The notes: generated from the letters alone by a model not told the origin. A stretch of DNA of 64,000 nucleotides from an uncultured cyanobacterium (GCA_963718615.1 OY970368.1:5472001-5536000); one strand, 5' to 3'. Counted from the stretch's first letter, positions 20,729-31,976 are shown. Translations and numbers: made by a program.

Positions 20729-23569
20729 ATGGTTAAGTCCAACGACATTCGTCCTGAGGAATCCGCCAAGATTTCTCCAGCCCCTGCGTCCCCAACCCCT
20801 GTTGGGATTCCTGAAGCGGCCCCATCGGATCAGTTTCAGCAGGTTGCGACCAACGTCATTACCCAAATGAATAGCGGACGTCCTGAAACGACGACCCCAT
20901 CATCGGGCCATGGTCAGGGACGCTTGCGAACGGTGGGCTTACGGGCTAAGGCGACTCTAGCTGCGCTGCTGATTGGAACGGTGCCGGTGGCGGCCATCGG
21001 CGGGATCGCGGTGAACTTGGCGGGCAAAGCGCTGGAGCGGCAATCCACAGAAGGGCAGCTGTCACGGACCAACGACATGGCGGATAAAATTAACCGCTTT
21101 ATGTTTGAGCGGTTTGGTGATATTCAGGTGATTGGTGCGCTGCCGACCTTTACGGATCCAGCCGTTCGAGAAATTACCAGCTTGGAGAGTAAGCAGGCGC
21201 TGCTCGAAGACTATCGGACGACCTATGGTGTATATACCAGTATTGCCGCCTTCGATCTCAAGGGAGATGTGATCGCTCAGTCTACAGCGGGCGCGAAACT
21301 AGAAAACCACTTTGACCGCGATTATATCCAAGCTGTTCTCAAAACCGGAAAACCTTACGTCAGTCAGCCCAAAATCTCAAAAACAAACGGTGACGTTTCG
21401 ATCTACTTTTCTGCTCCCATTCGTGACAAAGCAACCAATGAAATGATTGGGGTGATGCGAAGCCGAATGCCGATTACAGCGCTCACACCGCTCCTAGAAC
21501 TGTATAGCCAAGGGGGTGAAGAATATCACCTTGCAGATGCTAGTGGTCAGTTTTTTGCGGCTTTAGAATCAGAACAGGTCGGTAGACAGCTCAACGATGA
21601 CTTTCCCAAGATTATTCCCTTGGTCCAAGAAAAACGCAGTGGTACAGCGATTTCCATCGATAATATTGACAACGTCGAACAGCTCGTTGCCTATGCACCA
21701 TTTCAGTCTTTGGAAGGTCTTCAAGATTTAAACTGGTCAGCGGTAATTGGGGTTGACACCAATATTATCTTTGCAACCCAGCGTCAGCTCCTCACCGCCC
21801 TACTCTTAGGAACCGGTGCCGTGGCAGCCTTGGTGGCTCTGGTTGCGGTTTATCTGGCAACCCAAGCGACCCGCCCGGTGATTCAGGCGGCGTCGGTCGT
21901 GGAACAGATTGGTCGCGGTGAACTGGATGCGCGGTTGGCCGTGCCTGAGCAAGGGGACGAACTGGTGCAGCTGGGTCAAAACATCAACCAGATGGGCAGC
22001 CAGCTCCAGAGCTTCTTTGCACAGCAAGCCTCCGATGCCCAACTGTCGCAAATCCTCGGTGACTTGGCACGGGTGCGGGATCAGGCGGATCTGCCGGTGT
22101 TGTTGGATCAAGTGATGCATGAAGTCCAGCGTCGGGTGCAGGGCGATCGCGTCCTCTTCCAGCGCATCACCCAAGCCAACGGCAGTGGCTCGATCCTAGC
22201 GGAAGCGGTTCTCCCTACCCTGCGCAGCACCCGCAACCAATCCTTCGCTGCGCCCTCCGCCAACCAGCTTGCAGCCCTCCGCGATCAGCAAACCCTAGTG
22301 CTGAACAAGCTCTCCCAAGGGGATTTGTCCCTAGAGCAAGAGCAGCAGCTTCAGAACTGGCAGGTGCAGTCGTTGCTGTCTAGCCCCGTGTTTGTCAATG
22401 AAGAACTCTATGGCTTGGTGACGATCCATAGTTGTAACCAAGCAAGGGCTTGGACGACGGAGGAAAGTGAATTTGTCAGGCAGTTTGGCGATCGCCTCGC
22501 CCTCTCCCTCACCAGTGTGGAAGCTTACCAAACCGCCCAAACCCGAGCGCAAGAAGAACGGCAACAAAAAGAAGCCCTACAGCGAGAATTGATTGGCCTC
22601 CTGTCCGATGTGGAAGGGGCAAGTAGCGGTGACTTGACCGTGCGTGCCCAAATTACGGCGGGTGAAATTGGGATTGTTGCTGACTTTTTCAACGCGATCG
22701 TGGAAAACCTGCGGGATGTTGTTACCGAGGTGAAACTGGCCGCTGGTCAGGTGAACACCTCCGTCACCACCAGTGGTCAATCGATTCGCAAGCTGGCGTC
22801 GGAAACCCAGGATCAAGCCTTCCAGGTGAAGGAAACCCTAGTTTCCGTGGAACAAATGACCACGGCGCTGCAAACCGTTGCCACCAAGGCGCGGGAAGCC
22901 GCCCAAACCACGCAACAGGCTGAGCTCACCGCCCAAGCTGGCGGACAGGCCATGGAAAAAACCGTTGGCAGTATTCAGCAGGTCCGCGAAACCGTTGCTG
23001 AAACCGCGAAGAAGGTCAAACGATTGGGTGAATCGTCCCAGCAGATTTCCAAGGTCATCGAATTGATTAACCAGATTGCCTTGAAGACCAACCTACTCGC
23101 GGTCAACGCCGGGATTGAGGCGGCCCGCGCCGGGGAAGAAGGCCGAGGCTTCGCGGTGGTTGCGGAAGAAGTCGGTGCCTTGGCAGCCCAGTCCGCTGTG
23201 GCAACCAAGGAAATTGAACAGATCATTGCATCGATTCAACAGGGCACCAGCGAGGTGGTTGAAGCGATGGAAACCAGTACGACCCAGGTGGTCGAAGGCA
23301 CCCGCTCTGTTGAAGAGGCGAAACAGAGTCTGACTCAGATTCTGAAGGCATCTCAGCAGGTGAACCAGGTCTTCCAGATGATTTCTAAAGAAACCATTGA
23401 TCAGGCCGACACCTCGAAATTGGTACAGCAACTCATGTCGAAGATGGCGGCGGTTTCGGAAGCTGCCTCCACAGACTCCCAAAAAGTCTCCCAGCTTCTA
23501 GAAGAAACGGTGCAGGTGGCCCAACGACTACAAACCTCAGTGAGTACGTTCAAAATTGAGGCAGCCTAA
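20729..23569 (+). CDS. Methyl-accepting chemotaxis protein (TM-dCache-TM-HAMP-GAF-MA)
   Basis: Two TMs, Cache motif RDY...[49 protein letters not shown]. Confidence 0.95.
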   Translation: MVKSNDIRPEESAKISPAPASPTPVGIPEAAPSDQFQQVATNVITQMNSGRPETTTPSSGHGQGRLRTVGLRAKATLAALLIGTVPVAAIGGIAVNLAGKALERQSTEGQLSRTNDMADKINRFMFERFGDIQVIGALPTFTDPAVREITSLESKQALLEDYRTTYGVYTSIAAFDLKGDVIAQSTAGAKLENHFDRDYIQAVLKTGKPYVSQPKISKTNGDVSIYFSAPIRDKATNEMIGVMRSRMPITALTPLLELYSQGGEEYHLADASGQFFAALESEQVGRQLNDDFPKIIPLVQEKRSGTAISIDNIDNVEQLVAYAPFQSLEGLQDLNWSAVIGVDTNIIFATQRQLLTALLLGTGAVAALVALVAVYLATQATRPVIQAASVVEQIGRGELDARLAVPEQGDELVQLGQNINQMGSQLQSFFAQQASDAQLSQILGDLARVRDQADLPVLLDQVMHEVQRRVQGDRVLFQRITQANGSGSILAEAVLPTLRSTRNQSFAAPSANQLAALRDQQTLVLNKLSQGDLSLEQEQQLQNWQVQSLLSSPVFVNEELYGLVTIHSCNQARAWTTEESEFVRQFGDRLALSLTSVEAYQTAQTRAQEERQQKEALQRELIGLLSDVEGASSGDLTVRAQITAGEIGIVADFFNAIVENLRDVVTEVKLAAGQVNTSVTTSGQSIRKLASETQDQAFQVKETLVSVEQMTTALQTVATKAREAAQTTQQAELTAQAGGQAMEKTVGSIQQVRETVAETAKKVKRLGESSQQISKVIELINQIALKTNLLAVNAGIEAARAGEEGRGFAVVAEEVGALAAQSAVATKEIEQIIASIQQGTSEVVEAMETSTTQVVEGTRSVEEAKQSLTQILKASQQVNQVFQMISKETIDQADTSKLVQQLMSKMAAVSEAASTDSQKVSQLLEETVQVAQRLQTSVSTFKIEAA

Positions 23570-26500
23570 TGACGCAGGATCAAGAATGGTTGGTGCGCCT
23601 CCAATTTCTTGAGGAGGCCCAAGAATACTTAAATACCGTTGAATCTGAACTCCTGGGTCTGGGTAGCGGTGGCATTGGGCGGGCCGGACTGGACAACATT
23701 CTGCGGGCAGCTCACTCGATCAAGGGGGGAGCAGCGTTGATGGGGTTCTCCGAGATCAGCCACTTGGCCCATCGCCTCGAAGACTTCTTCAAGGTCTTGC
23801 GATCAGGCCAGAAAGCAGACATTGTCGATGCTTCAGTGGAGCAGTTGTTCCTCGCAGCGGTCGACAGCATGCGCCAGATGACGGTGTTCTATCGGCAAAA
23901 ACGGCCTGTCACCGATGATTGGCTGGAGAGCCATGCTCAACCTTTTATCGAGCAACTCCATGCCCAACTCGGCGATCCGCTGCCGGAGGACGAGATCGCT
24001 GAGCTCTCGGCGGAAGCCGGGGAAGACATGGTGGCGCTGTTGTTTGAAAGCGAGGTGGGTCCTTGCTTGGAGCGGCTAGAGCGGGTCTTAAACACCCCTG
24101 AAATGCCGCTGCTACGGGAGGAAATGGTGATTGCCTGCCAGGAAATGGGTGGTCTGGGGGAAATGCTGGAACTGGCGGCCTTTGTGAGCCTTTGCCAGCA
24201 TATCGTTGAGACCGTGGACCAGACGAGTGATGGGGCGTTGCAGGCGATCGCCACCCAAGCCATCCAAACCCTACGCCGTTCCCAAGCCCTCGTGCTTTTG
24301 GGCCAAACGGATTTCTTGCCCAGCCAACTGGAATTATCGACCCTTCCCTCCTTTACTGAACTCACCCCCATAGAGAACGAAGAAGAGCTCGATAGCGAAA
24401 ATGATGGAGACAGTGAAACTGAGCGTGAAATCGAGAACGAAATTGACAAAGACGAAGATGATACGGAAGTCTTTGCTCCCCTGTCCACCTTGCTCAACGT
24501 TGATCCCTCCCAAATTGCGGGCCTAGCGGCGAGCCTCTCATTGCCTCCGCTGAGCGAATTCCCGCAGCCGCTAGACGAAGGCGATGAGTCGGTTTGGGCG
24601 ATCGAGTCGGAACCGGTGTTAGAACTGGCATTCGCCAACGACCCATCAGAACCGGAATTCCCAGACGATCTAGACGAGGAAGATCACTCAGACCCCACCC
24701 TCATTACCATTGGCGAACCGCAGAACACCCCAACCGCCGAAGCTCAGGGGCTTCGTCTATCCCGCGACGATTTATCGCTGCCTGCTCCACCCCAGACCCT
24801 GCCTTCCGTCGTTCCGGCCCAAGAGCCCACCTCGGCGTCGGAGACCTCAGAAGACTCAACGATCCGTGTCTCTGTCCAACAGCTAGAACGGCTCGGTGAA
24901 CTGTTTGGAGAGCTGACCACAGAACGCAATGGCCTTAATTTGCAACTGCGCTATCTCAAAAACCTAGTCACCCTGCTGAGCCGACGGGTCAAGGCACTGA
25001 ACCAGGCCAATGACCAATTGCGAGTGTCCTACGACCGAGCTTCGACGGCGCAACCCGTGGCTGCGTCGATCCCTCTGGCTGCGCCGATGATGGATCTGAG
25101 CGGACGTCAAGAGGATCTGGATCTCCTCGGCCTCGGTAAAACCTTTGATGTGTTGGAAATGGATCGCTACAGCGATTTGCATCTCGTCGCCCAGGAAATT
25201 ATTGAACGGGTGGTGCAGATTCAGGAAGTTTCTAACGATATTGAACTGGCGCTGGATGACACCGAAGGCGTCTCGCGGGAACTTAGCCGCACCGCCCAGC
25301 AGATGCAGATTGGCATTACCCAAGTGCGGATGCGACCGCTGTCGGAGATTACCCGGCGTTTCCCTCGACTCCTGCGTCAATTGTCGATGGAACATGGCAA
25401 ATCCGTCGAGCTGAAGGTCAAAGGGGGCGGCACCTTGATCGAGCGATCGATCCTAGAAGCCCTGCAAGATCCCCTGATGCATTTGCTGCGCAACTGTTTT
25501 GACCACGGCATTGAGCCCACCGAAACGCGCCTGGCCCAAGGGAAACCCCTCCAGGGCACCATTGAGATCAGTGCCAGCTATCGGGGTAACCAAACCGTTA
25601 TTACCGTGCGGGATGACGGCGGTGGGATCAACCTCGACAAAATCCGAGCCAAGGTCCTGACCATGGGCCTGACCCCAGCGGAAGTCGAAGCCTGTACCAA
25701 ACAGGAACTCCTAGACCTAATCTTTGAGCCCGGTTTCAGCACCGCCGATCGCGTCACCGATCTCTCCGGTCGGGGCGTTGGCATGGATGTGGTTCGCAGT
25801 AATCTCCAGGGCATTCGCGGCACCATCCAAGTGGATACGGAAGCCGGTCAAGGCAGCGTCTTCACCTTAACCGTTCCCCTATCTCTTTCTGTGACGCGGG
25901 TCTTGGTGGTCGAATGCCAAGGCATTTTCCTCGCATTCCCCGCCAATATTGTGGAAGAGATGGAACTGCTCCATCCCAGCCAAGTGATGGTTGCCGCCGA
26001 TCAAGAGCTGATTGAATGGCAGGGCTATACGGTTCCTCTCCTCCGCCTCGATCAATGGCTCCGGTTCTCCCGTCCGCCGATCAAGCTGGAAACGGAAAGT
26101 ATCCCGACGATTGATCAAGAAGCCATGCTCTTGGTTACCCAGGGGGAAGAGCCCTATGCCATTCATTGCGATCGCTACTGGGGCGAACAGGAAGTCACCA
26201 CCCGCATGGTCGAAGGCAATATTGCCCTGCCAGCGGGCTTCTCCGGTTGCGTTGTGTTGGGCGATGGCCGAGTCGTCCCGCTCGTGGACATCGAGGCTCT
26301 CCTGGATTGGATCCTGAGCGATTCGGCAGAACCTCGTGCGGGTGAGTCCAGTTTGGAGCTGTTGCAGCCGCAGAAATTCGAGGAAAAACCAACCATTTTG
26401 ATCATCGATGACTCGATCAACGTCCGGCGGTTTTTGGCCATTACGCTGGAAAAGGCTGGGTATCGTGTCGAGCAGGCCAAGGATGGTCAAGATGCCTTAG

Positions 26501-26838
26501 AAAAACTCCAGGAGATCTCCCCCGGTAGCCAAGGCATTGATGCCATTATCAGCGATGTGGAAATGCCCCGCGTCGATGGCTTCCGCTTCCTAGCCCAGGT
26601 CAAAGGAATTCCTGACAGCAAAGACATTCCTGTAGTCATGCTCACCTCCCGCAGCGGCGATAAGCACCGTCAGTTGGCGCTGCACTTGGGAGCCAGCGGC
26701 TATTTCTCGAAGCCGTTCAAACAAAATGAGTTACTTCAAGCCCTAGAAGACCTCACCCAATCCCGCCAGCCCTCTGCCGCTGTTTCTAATGCATCTGCTG
26801 CTAGTGCCTCCTTCCGCTCCGGCCTGCTGAAGGTGTAG
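23569..26838 (+). CDS. CheA-like hybrid histidine kinase (HPt-HATPase-CheW-REC; PixL-like)
   Basis: RAAHSIKGGA, HLLRNCFDHGIE, DDGGGI, FEPGFST, SGRGVGMDVV, C-terminal receiver. Confidence 0.95.
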   Translation: MTQDQEWLVRLQFLEEAQEYLNTVESELLGLGSGGIGRAGLDNILRAAHSIKGGAALMGFSEISHLAHRLEDFFKVLRSGQKADIVDASVEQLFLAAVDSMRQMTVFYRQKRPVTDDWLESHAQPFIEQLHAQLGDPLPEDEIAELSAEAGEDMVALLFESEVGPCLERLERVLNTPEMPLLREEMVIACQEMGGLGEMLELAAFVSLCQHIVETVDQTSDGALQAIATQAIQTLRRSQALVLLGQTDFLPSQLELSTLPSFTELTPIENEEELDSENDGDSETEREIENEIDKDEDDTEVFAPLSTLLNVDPSQIAGLAASLSLPPLSEFPQPLDEGDESVWAIESEPVLELAFANDPSEPEFPDDLDEEDHSDPTLITIGEPQNTPTAEAQGLRLSRDDLSLPAPPQTLPSVVPAQEPTSASETSEDSTIRVSVQQLERLGELFGELTTERNGLNLQLRYLKNLVTLLSRRVKALNQANDQLRVSYDRASTAQPVAASIPLAAPMMDLSGRQEDLDLLGLGKTFDVLEMDRYSDLHLVAQEIIERVVQIQEVSNDIELALDDTEGVSRELSRTAQQMQIGITQVRMRPLSEITRRFPRLLRQLSMEHGKSVELKVKGGGTLIERSILEALQDPLMHLLRNCFDHGIEPTETRLAQGKPLQGTIEISASYRGNQTVITVRDDGGGINLDKIRAKVLTMGLTPAEVEACTKQELLDLIFEPGFSTADRVTDLSGRGVGMDVVRSNLQGIRGTIQVDTEAGQGSVFTLTVPLSLSVTRVLVVECQGIFLAFPANIVEEMELLHPSQVMVAADQELIEWQGYTVPLLRLDQWLRFSRPPIKLETESIPTIDQEAMLLVTQGEEPYAIHCDRYWGEQEVTTRMVEGNIALPAGFSGCVVLGDGRVVPLVDIEALLDWILSDSAEPRAGESSLELLQPQKFEEKPTILIIDDSINVRRFLAITLEKAGYRVEQAKDGQDALEKLQEISPGSQGIDAIISDVEMPRVDGFRFLAQVKGIPDSKDIPVVMLTSRSGDKHRQLALHLGASGYFSKPFKQNELLQALEDLTQSRQPSAAVSNASAASASFRSGLLKV

Positions 26839-26936
26839 GGCCGAGGTGTAGAAACCAGAGATAGGGCATAGGCATCGCCCAGGGGATTATCTCCTAACCA
26901 TTCAACTCAGGACTTTCACTCAGGAGCTTCAAGGCC

Positions 26937-27434
26937 ATGGCCAGTCGTTCTTCTCTGCGGTTGCGTCGCTTGAGCGATCGCGCCACCATCGTTCAAAAGC
27001 AGCTCATCAAGTTCCAAATCCGGCAAACGGGGTTTCTACTGCCAATTGAATCGGTTTATCGCGCAGTGGTGTTTAACCGCTCGGAGATACGGCGGCAGGA
27101 GGTGATGTTTGAGGGACAATCTTTGCGGTTGGTGGAGGTCGATCGCCACATCTTGGGTCACGCCACCGCCCAACCCTCGGTAATCCCTCAAATCATTTCG
27201 CTGATTGTGCAAACCTCCGGGGAATTTGGCCAACGCTTCGTGCTGCCGATCGATTCCGCGCCGTCCCTCTGCCGGGTCCCAGAAACCAGCCTGGTTCCCT
27301 TGCCTAAAACCTATCGGGTGCAATGTGTGGAGTCGATTACCGACAGTAGCGCCGATGATCGACTGTGTTTTTTGCTCAATCCAGACCAGCTTGCTGCCGC
27401 AATTATGGATGCGAAGGTACTGGCGTTAAGCTAG
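26937..27434 (+). CDS. Divergent CheW-like protein
   Basis: LIKFQI..FLLPIESVYR, LVPLP, FLLNPDQL; located after cheA as in cyanobacterial tax operons. Confidence 0.75.
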   Translation: MASRSSLRLRRLSDRATIVQKQLIKFQIRQTGFLLPIESVYRAVVFNRSEIRRQEVMFEGQSLRLVEVDRHILGHATAQPSVIPQIISLIVQTSGEFGQRFVLPIDSAPSLCRVPETSLVPLPKTYRVQCVESITDSSADDRLCFLLNPDQLAAAIMDAKVLALS

Positions 27435-27463
27435 ACCGGGGCCTAGACCGGGGCCGGGTGGAG

Positions 27464-28111
27464 TTATCGTTGGGCGCGAATCTCGCGATAGCGCAGAACC
27501 AAACCCAGCGTGATCTGTTTAACGATCCAGTAGAGCACTGTAATGATCACAAAAGTGATAAAGATCACTAGGACTGGCCATTTGGTTGTGAGGGTATTAA
27601 TCAACCGCAAGGCCACCATCGTCGGGTCTTGAACCACATCCCAGCTATTAAGGCGATCGAAGCGTCCTAGATAAATGCCCAGGGCACAGAGGGCGTGGGT
27701 CATCAGCTCCGTGAGGTTGACCCAGCGTTTTGCCCCTTGGCGCACCAAATAATATTCCTGATTAATTAACGAGATTACATAGGCTTCAAAACCGCCCACG
27801 ATCGCCACAAAGTGCAGCGGAATAAACACCAAAACCACCGCCCAAACGGAATAGTGAGAGCGGGCGGCTTGAACCGAATGAATAATATCGGTGAGTAGGT
27901 AGGGGGCATTGGGCAAAAAGGATAGGTAAACCAGAAAGACTCCCCACCAAACCCAGGAACGCTTTTGATGGAGCTGACGCCGAAACAGCCAGAAACTGAA
28001 GGCGAGAGGAATCACCGCTAGGAAAAGATTCCAAGCGATCCAACCGCTGTAGGGAAAGGTGCAGGTAATCGGAAACAGGTCGCAGCTAAGTTCTCGCAGA
28101 AAAGGTTTCAT
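27464..28111 (-). CDS. DUF1361 membrane protein
   Basis: WNLFLAVIP, FLPNAPYLLTDIIH, GIYLGRFDRLNSWD. Confidence 0.9.
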   Translation of the reverse strand: MKPFLRELSCDLFPITCTFPYSGWIAWNLFLAVIPLAFSFWLFRRQLHQKRSWVWWGVFLVYLSFLPNAPYLLTDIIHSVQAARSHYSVWAVVLVFIPLHFVAIVGGFEAYVISLINQEYYLVRQGAKRWVNLTELMTHALCALGIYLGRFDRLNSWDVVQDPTMVALRLINTLTTKWPVLVIFITFVIITVLYWIVKQITLGLVLRYREIRAQR

Positions 28112-28313
28112 CGGCGCGGTTGCCTATGGCTGAGGTGCAGGTGCTTAATGTTTAGAGCAGGGATTAGAACAGGGATGGCTGTAGAACAGATCTACACAGA
28201 TCTACAATGTTCATGGCCAAAATTACGGATTCCCTGCCCCTTGGAAGATGCGATCGCCCCGTTTCTATTCCTAAAGTGCTAAGGCTCATTTTGATTTCCT
28301 ACCTATTCTAATC

Positions 28314-29735
28314 TTGACTCGACTGATACGCCCCTTTCTAGGTTCCCTGGTCCTCAGCACGGCCCTGTTTAATAGTGCCCTGAATGGTGGAGGGTTGAAG
28401 GGGGTGGGATTAGCTCCGGCGATCGCCCAGGAGGCCCCACCCGCACTCACCGAATCCGCTCCATCAAATACGACATCCAGCTCACCCCCCAGTGCTGCCA
28501 CCCAAACCCCCGATGACGGCATTTATTTCGCTGATATCTTGGTGCGGGGGCGGCCTGTGTTTCAGGTGGGGAGCCTCAGTGGCATTAATGCTCGTCAGCG
28601 GGCTGAGATTATCAATCGCCGCATCGCTAGCCTTTTGTCTCGCACCAGCCAGGATCAATCGATTCAGGTCGAGGTGAGCAACGCCGCCGCCGTCGCGACG
28701 CTGCGGGCCAACCAGCGGATTCTGATGACGATTACCCAGCAGGATGCTGAAGACTTTGGCCTCTCGGTGGCAGATCTAGCCGATCAGTGGGCGACACAAC
28801 TGAACCAAGCCTTTGACCGTCCGCCGCTGGCCCTAGATGTAGCGCAGCGACTCAGTGCGACGACCCGCAGTTTTGGGCGCAGTGTCATTGATGGTTTACC
28901 GGCACTCGTGGGGGCGATCGTCGTGATTGGGGTGACTTGGGCGATCGCCAATCTAGTCCGCTATCTGGCCTTTACCTGGGCGCAAAAGACCGAAGGGGAC
29001 CACAGCACAGAAATTCTGCTTGGGCGGTTGGCCTACGGTGCAGTTTGGATTCTGGGTTCGGTGATTGCGCTGGGGATTTTGGGGGTTGAATTTGGTGCAT
29101 TGCTGGGGGCCTTGGGGCTCACGAGCGTGGCGATCGGCTTCAGCCTCAAGGATGTTTTGAGTAACTATATTTCCGGCGTGATTTTGCTAGCGGCCCGTCC
29201 CTTTCGTCTGGGGGATGAGGTGGTGATCGAAGGGTATGAAGGACGAATTACCCAAATTCAATTGCGGGCAACGACGCTGCGTACCTACGATGGGCGAGTG
29301 GTTTATATCCCCAATCAGGAGGTGTTTGGGGCGATTGTCACGAACAATACAGCTAGTAATAGCCGCCGCAGTTCGGTGATCGTGGGGGTGGATTACGAGG
29401 CTGATCTTCAGGAGGCCCAACGGGTGATTAAGGCGGCGATCGCCCAAGTCTCGACCATCCAACCGAATCCTAAACCGGATATTTTGATTAAGGAACTTGC
29501 CGCCAGTACGGTCAATTTAGAAGTGCGATTCTGGGTCGATTCTCGCCGCAGCGGCTTTTTAGAAACGACGTCGTTGGTGACCCGAACCATTAAGGAAGCC
29601 CTAGAACAAGCCGAGATTGAAATGCCCACGGAAATCTACACGCTGTTGTTTCGCAATGCGCCACCGGGGATGATTGATGGTGAGGCAACCCATACCATTG
29701 CCGTGAAGTCCGATGTGGGAACAACAGATGTTTAG
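28314..29735 (+). CDS. MscS-family mechanosensitive channel with N-terminal periplasmic domain
   Basis: GFSLKDVLSNYISGVIL, RPFRLGD, EGRITQIQLRAT, YIPN. Confidence 0.9.
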   Translation: MTRLIRPFLGSLVLSTALFNSALNGGGLKGVGLAPAIAQEAPPALTESAPSNTTSSSPPSAATQTPDDGIYFADILVRGRPVFQVGSLSGINARQRAEIINRRIASLLSRTSQDQSIQVEVSNAAAVATLRANQRILMTITQQDAEDFGLSVADLADQWATQLNQAFDRPPLALDVAQRLSATTRSFGRSVIDGLPALVGAIVVIGVTWAIANLVRYLAFTWAQKTEGDHSTEILLGRLAYGAVWILGSVIALGILGVEFGALLGALGLTSVAIGFSLKDVLSNYISGVILLAARPFRLGDEVVIEGYEGRITQIQLRATTLRTYDGRVVYIPNQEVFGAIVTNNTASNSRRSSVIVGVDYEADLQEAQRVIKAAIAQVSTIQPNPKPDILIKELAASTVNLEVRFWVDSRRSGFLETTSLVTRTIKEALEQAEIEMPTEIYTLLFRNAPPGMIDGEATHTIAVKSDVGTTDV

Positions 29736-29777
29736 AGGATTGAATCACAGAAAAAGTCGAATCTGGGGTGGGCTGAG

Positions 29778-31406
29778 TCATGATACTTTTGCGGTTGCTT
29801 CGGCTACCAGACTCAACGCTACCGCCTCCGCGACCCGAATTCCATCCACCCCCGCAGAAAGAATCCCGCCAGCATAGCCCGCGCCCTCTCCGGCTGGATA
29901 GAGACCCTTCGTATTGATACTCTGTAAATCTTCCCCCCGCTTAATCCGAATCGGCGAAGAGGTGCGGGTTTCGACCCCCGTCAGCAGGGCATCGGCGCTG
30001 GCAAAACCGGGAATTTGCTGTTCAAAGGCGGGGAGGGCCTCTCGGAGGGCGGCGATCGCATAATCGGGCAAACTCCCACTCAAATCACACAACTGCACCC
30101 CCGGTCGATACGTTGGCTTGACGCTACCCCAATTCGCCGAAGGACGCCCCGCCAGAAAATCCTCGACCAATTGCCCCGGAGCCTGATAGGTACCGCCGCC
30201 CAACTCAAACGCCCGCGCCTCTAGTTGTCGCTGAAACTCGATTCCCGCGAGGGGACTCCCCGGATAATCCTCTGGCGTAATGCCTACGACAATGCCGCTA
30301 TTGGCATTTTTGCCGCTGCGTTCGTATTGACTCATGCCATTGGTCACCACTCGGCCCACTTCTGAAGTTGCTGCCACAACCTGGCCGCCGGGACACATGC
30401 AAAAACTATACACCGCGCGACCGTTTGCACAATGATGCACCAGCTTATAATCCGCTGCGCCCAAAATCGGATGACCAGCCTGATCGCCAAATCGGCACTG
30501 ATCGATCAGCGGCTGGGGATGCTCAATCCGAAATCCGATGGAAAAGGGCTTGGGCTCGATATAGACTCCCCGTTCATAGAGCATTGCAAAGGTATCGCGG
30601 GCGCTGTGGCCCACGGCGAGGATAACGTGGTGGGTGGGCAGCCTCTCACCATTCTCCAATACCACCCCCTGCACCTGTCCCGCTTCGATCTCTAGGTCCA
30701 CCACCCGCGTTTGGAAGCGAATTTCACCGCCCATGGCTTCGATCCGGTGGCGCATTTGCTCGACGATTTTGACCAGTCGATAGGTGCCAATGTGGGGCTT
30801 ATTGATGTACAAAATTTCCGGTGCGGCCCCCGATTCAACTAGCTCTGTCAAAACCTTGCGGGCACGATTGTCGGGGTCTTTGATGCGGCTATACAACTTG
30901 CCATCGGAGAACGTCCCGGCACCACCTTCGCCAAACTGGACGTTGGATTCGGGGTTAAAGGTGCCCTTGCTCCAGAATCGGAACGTGTCCTGGGAGCGCT
31001 CATGCACTGCTTTCCCTCGTTCTAGAATAATGGGGCAAAATCCCATCTGTGCCAGCAATAGCCCTGCGAACATGCCACAAGGCCCATTGCCAATGACAAT
31101 CGGGCGTTCGGTCAGGGCTGAAGATGCGGAAGATGCCGTGGCAACCATCCGGTAGCGCGTATCGGGGGTGGGGAGAATATGGGGGTCTTTTTTGAACCGT
31201 TGGAGGAGTTGCTTTTCCTTGGGGGTTTCGAGGTCGATGATGTAGACCAGGGCGATCGCCCCCCGTTTGCGGGCGTCGTAGCTGCGTTTGAAGATTTGGT
31301 AACTCGTGAGTGCGTCGGCGGGGAGCCGCAGTTTTTTGAGGATCGCGGCTTTGAGGTCGGTTTCGCTGTGGTCGAGGGGGAGTTTGAGTTCGGTCAGACG
31401 GAGCAT
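29778..31406 (-). CDS. FAD-dependent oxidoreductase (uncharacterised conserved family)
   Basis: GNGPCG, FGEGGAGTFSDGKL, SFCMCPGG, GVETRTSSP, GEGAGYAGGI. Confidence 0.9.
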   Translation of the reverse strand: MLRLTELKLPLDHSETDLKAAILKKLRLPADALTSYQIFKRSYDARKRGAIALVYIIDLETPKEKQLLQRFKKDPHILPTPDTRYRMVATASSASSALTERPIVIGNGPCGMFAGLLLAQMGFCPIILERGKAVHERSQDTFRFWSKGTFNPESNVQFGEGGAGTFSDGKLYSRIKDPDNRARKVLTELVESGAAPEILYINKPHIGTYRLVKIVEQMRHRIEAMGGEIRFQTRVVDLEIEAGQVQGVVLENGERLPTHHVILAVGHSARDTFAMLYERGVYIEPKPFSIGFRIEHPQPLIDQCRFGDQAGHPILGAADYKLVHHCANGRAVYSFCMCPGGQVVAATSEVGRVVTNGMSQYERSGKNANSGIVVGITPEDYPGSPLAGIEFQRQLEARAFELGGGTYQAPGQLVEDFLAGRPSANWGSVKPTYRPGVQLCDLSGSLPDYAIAALREALPAFEQQIPGFASADALLTGVETRTSSPIRIKRGEDLQSINTKGLYPAGEGAGYAGGILSAGVDGIRVAEAVALSLVAEATAKVS

Positions 31407-31547
31407 GGGTTTACCCTGGGCGATCGGGGGGGAGGATTTCCAAGGGGTTTGGATGTCCTCCGTTGTTTATTGTGTCATGGCGTTCTGAACAAAGGGCTGG
31501 GGAGTAGAATCTTACTAACGTCTTACCTATGTGCGGATGGGGGTTCG

Positions 31548-31811
31548 ATGGAAATCACGCGTTTGTCGAGTAAGGGGCAGGTCATTATCCCAAAGGCTTT
31601 GCGAGCGGCTCGAAACTGGGTGGCGGGTCAGGAGCTGATTGCGATCGATATTGGAGATGGGATTTTGCTGAGGCCAAGGCGAGCCTTTAGGCTAACGTCT
31701 CTGGTGGATGTGGCGGGATGTTTGAAGTACGAAGGTGCTCCCAAAAGTCTGGAGGACTGGGACGTTGCAGTGCGCGAAGGAGTAAGGGAGCAGTGGCATG
31801 ATCGCGGTTGA
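31548..31811 (+). CDS. AbrB/MazE-type antitoxin (VapB-like)
   Basis: MEITRLSSKGQVIIPKALR...GDGILLRP. Confidence 0.85.
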   Translation: MEITRLSSKGQVIIPKALRAARNWVAGQELIAIDIGDGILLRPRRAFRLTSLVDVAGCLKYEGAPKSLEDWDVAVREGVREQWHDRG

Positions 31812-31839
31812 TACCAATGTTGTGGTGCGTCTTTTATAA
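31798..31839 (+). pseudogene. Truncated VapC/PIN toxin (13 codons)
   Basis: MIAVDTNVVVRLL* overlapping the antitoxin 3' end; DTNV is the classic PIN N-terminus. Confidence 0.75.
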
Positions 31840-31856
31840 ATCCCTCAAGCAAATTC

Positions 31857-31976
31857 GTAGGTTGGGTTGAGCCCTAGCGAAACCCAACAGAGCCTGTGCA
31901 TGTTGGGTTTCTGGAGCAACTCCTGAAACTTTGCAGCGCTTGTGCGTGTTGGGTTTCGTGCCTTAACCCAACCTAC
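31857..31976. repeat. Cluster of REP-like palindromes, family A (inverted arrangement)
   Basis: gtaggttgggttgagccctagcgaaacccaaca ... tgttgggtttc ... tgttgggtttcgtgccttaacccaacctac. Confidence 0.8.

Noticed and set aside
31179-31547. N-terminal extension of the 210-aa ORF containing the antitoxin
   Set aside because: Antisense overlap with the FAD oxidoreductase; the AbrB domain starts at ATG 31548
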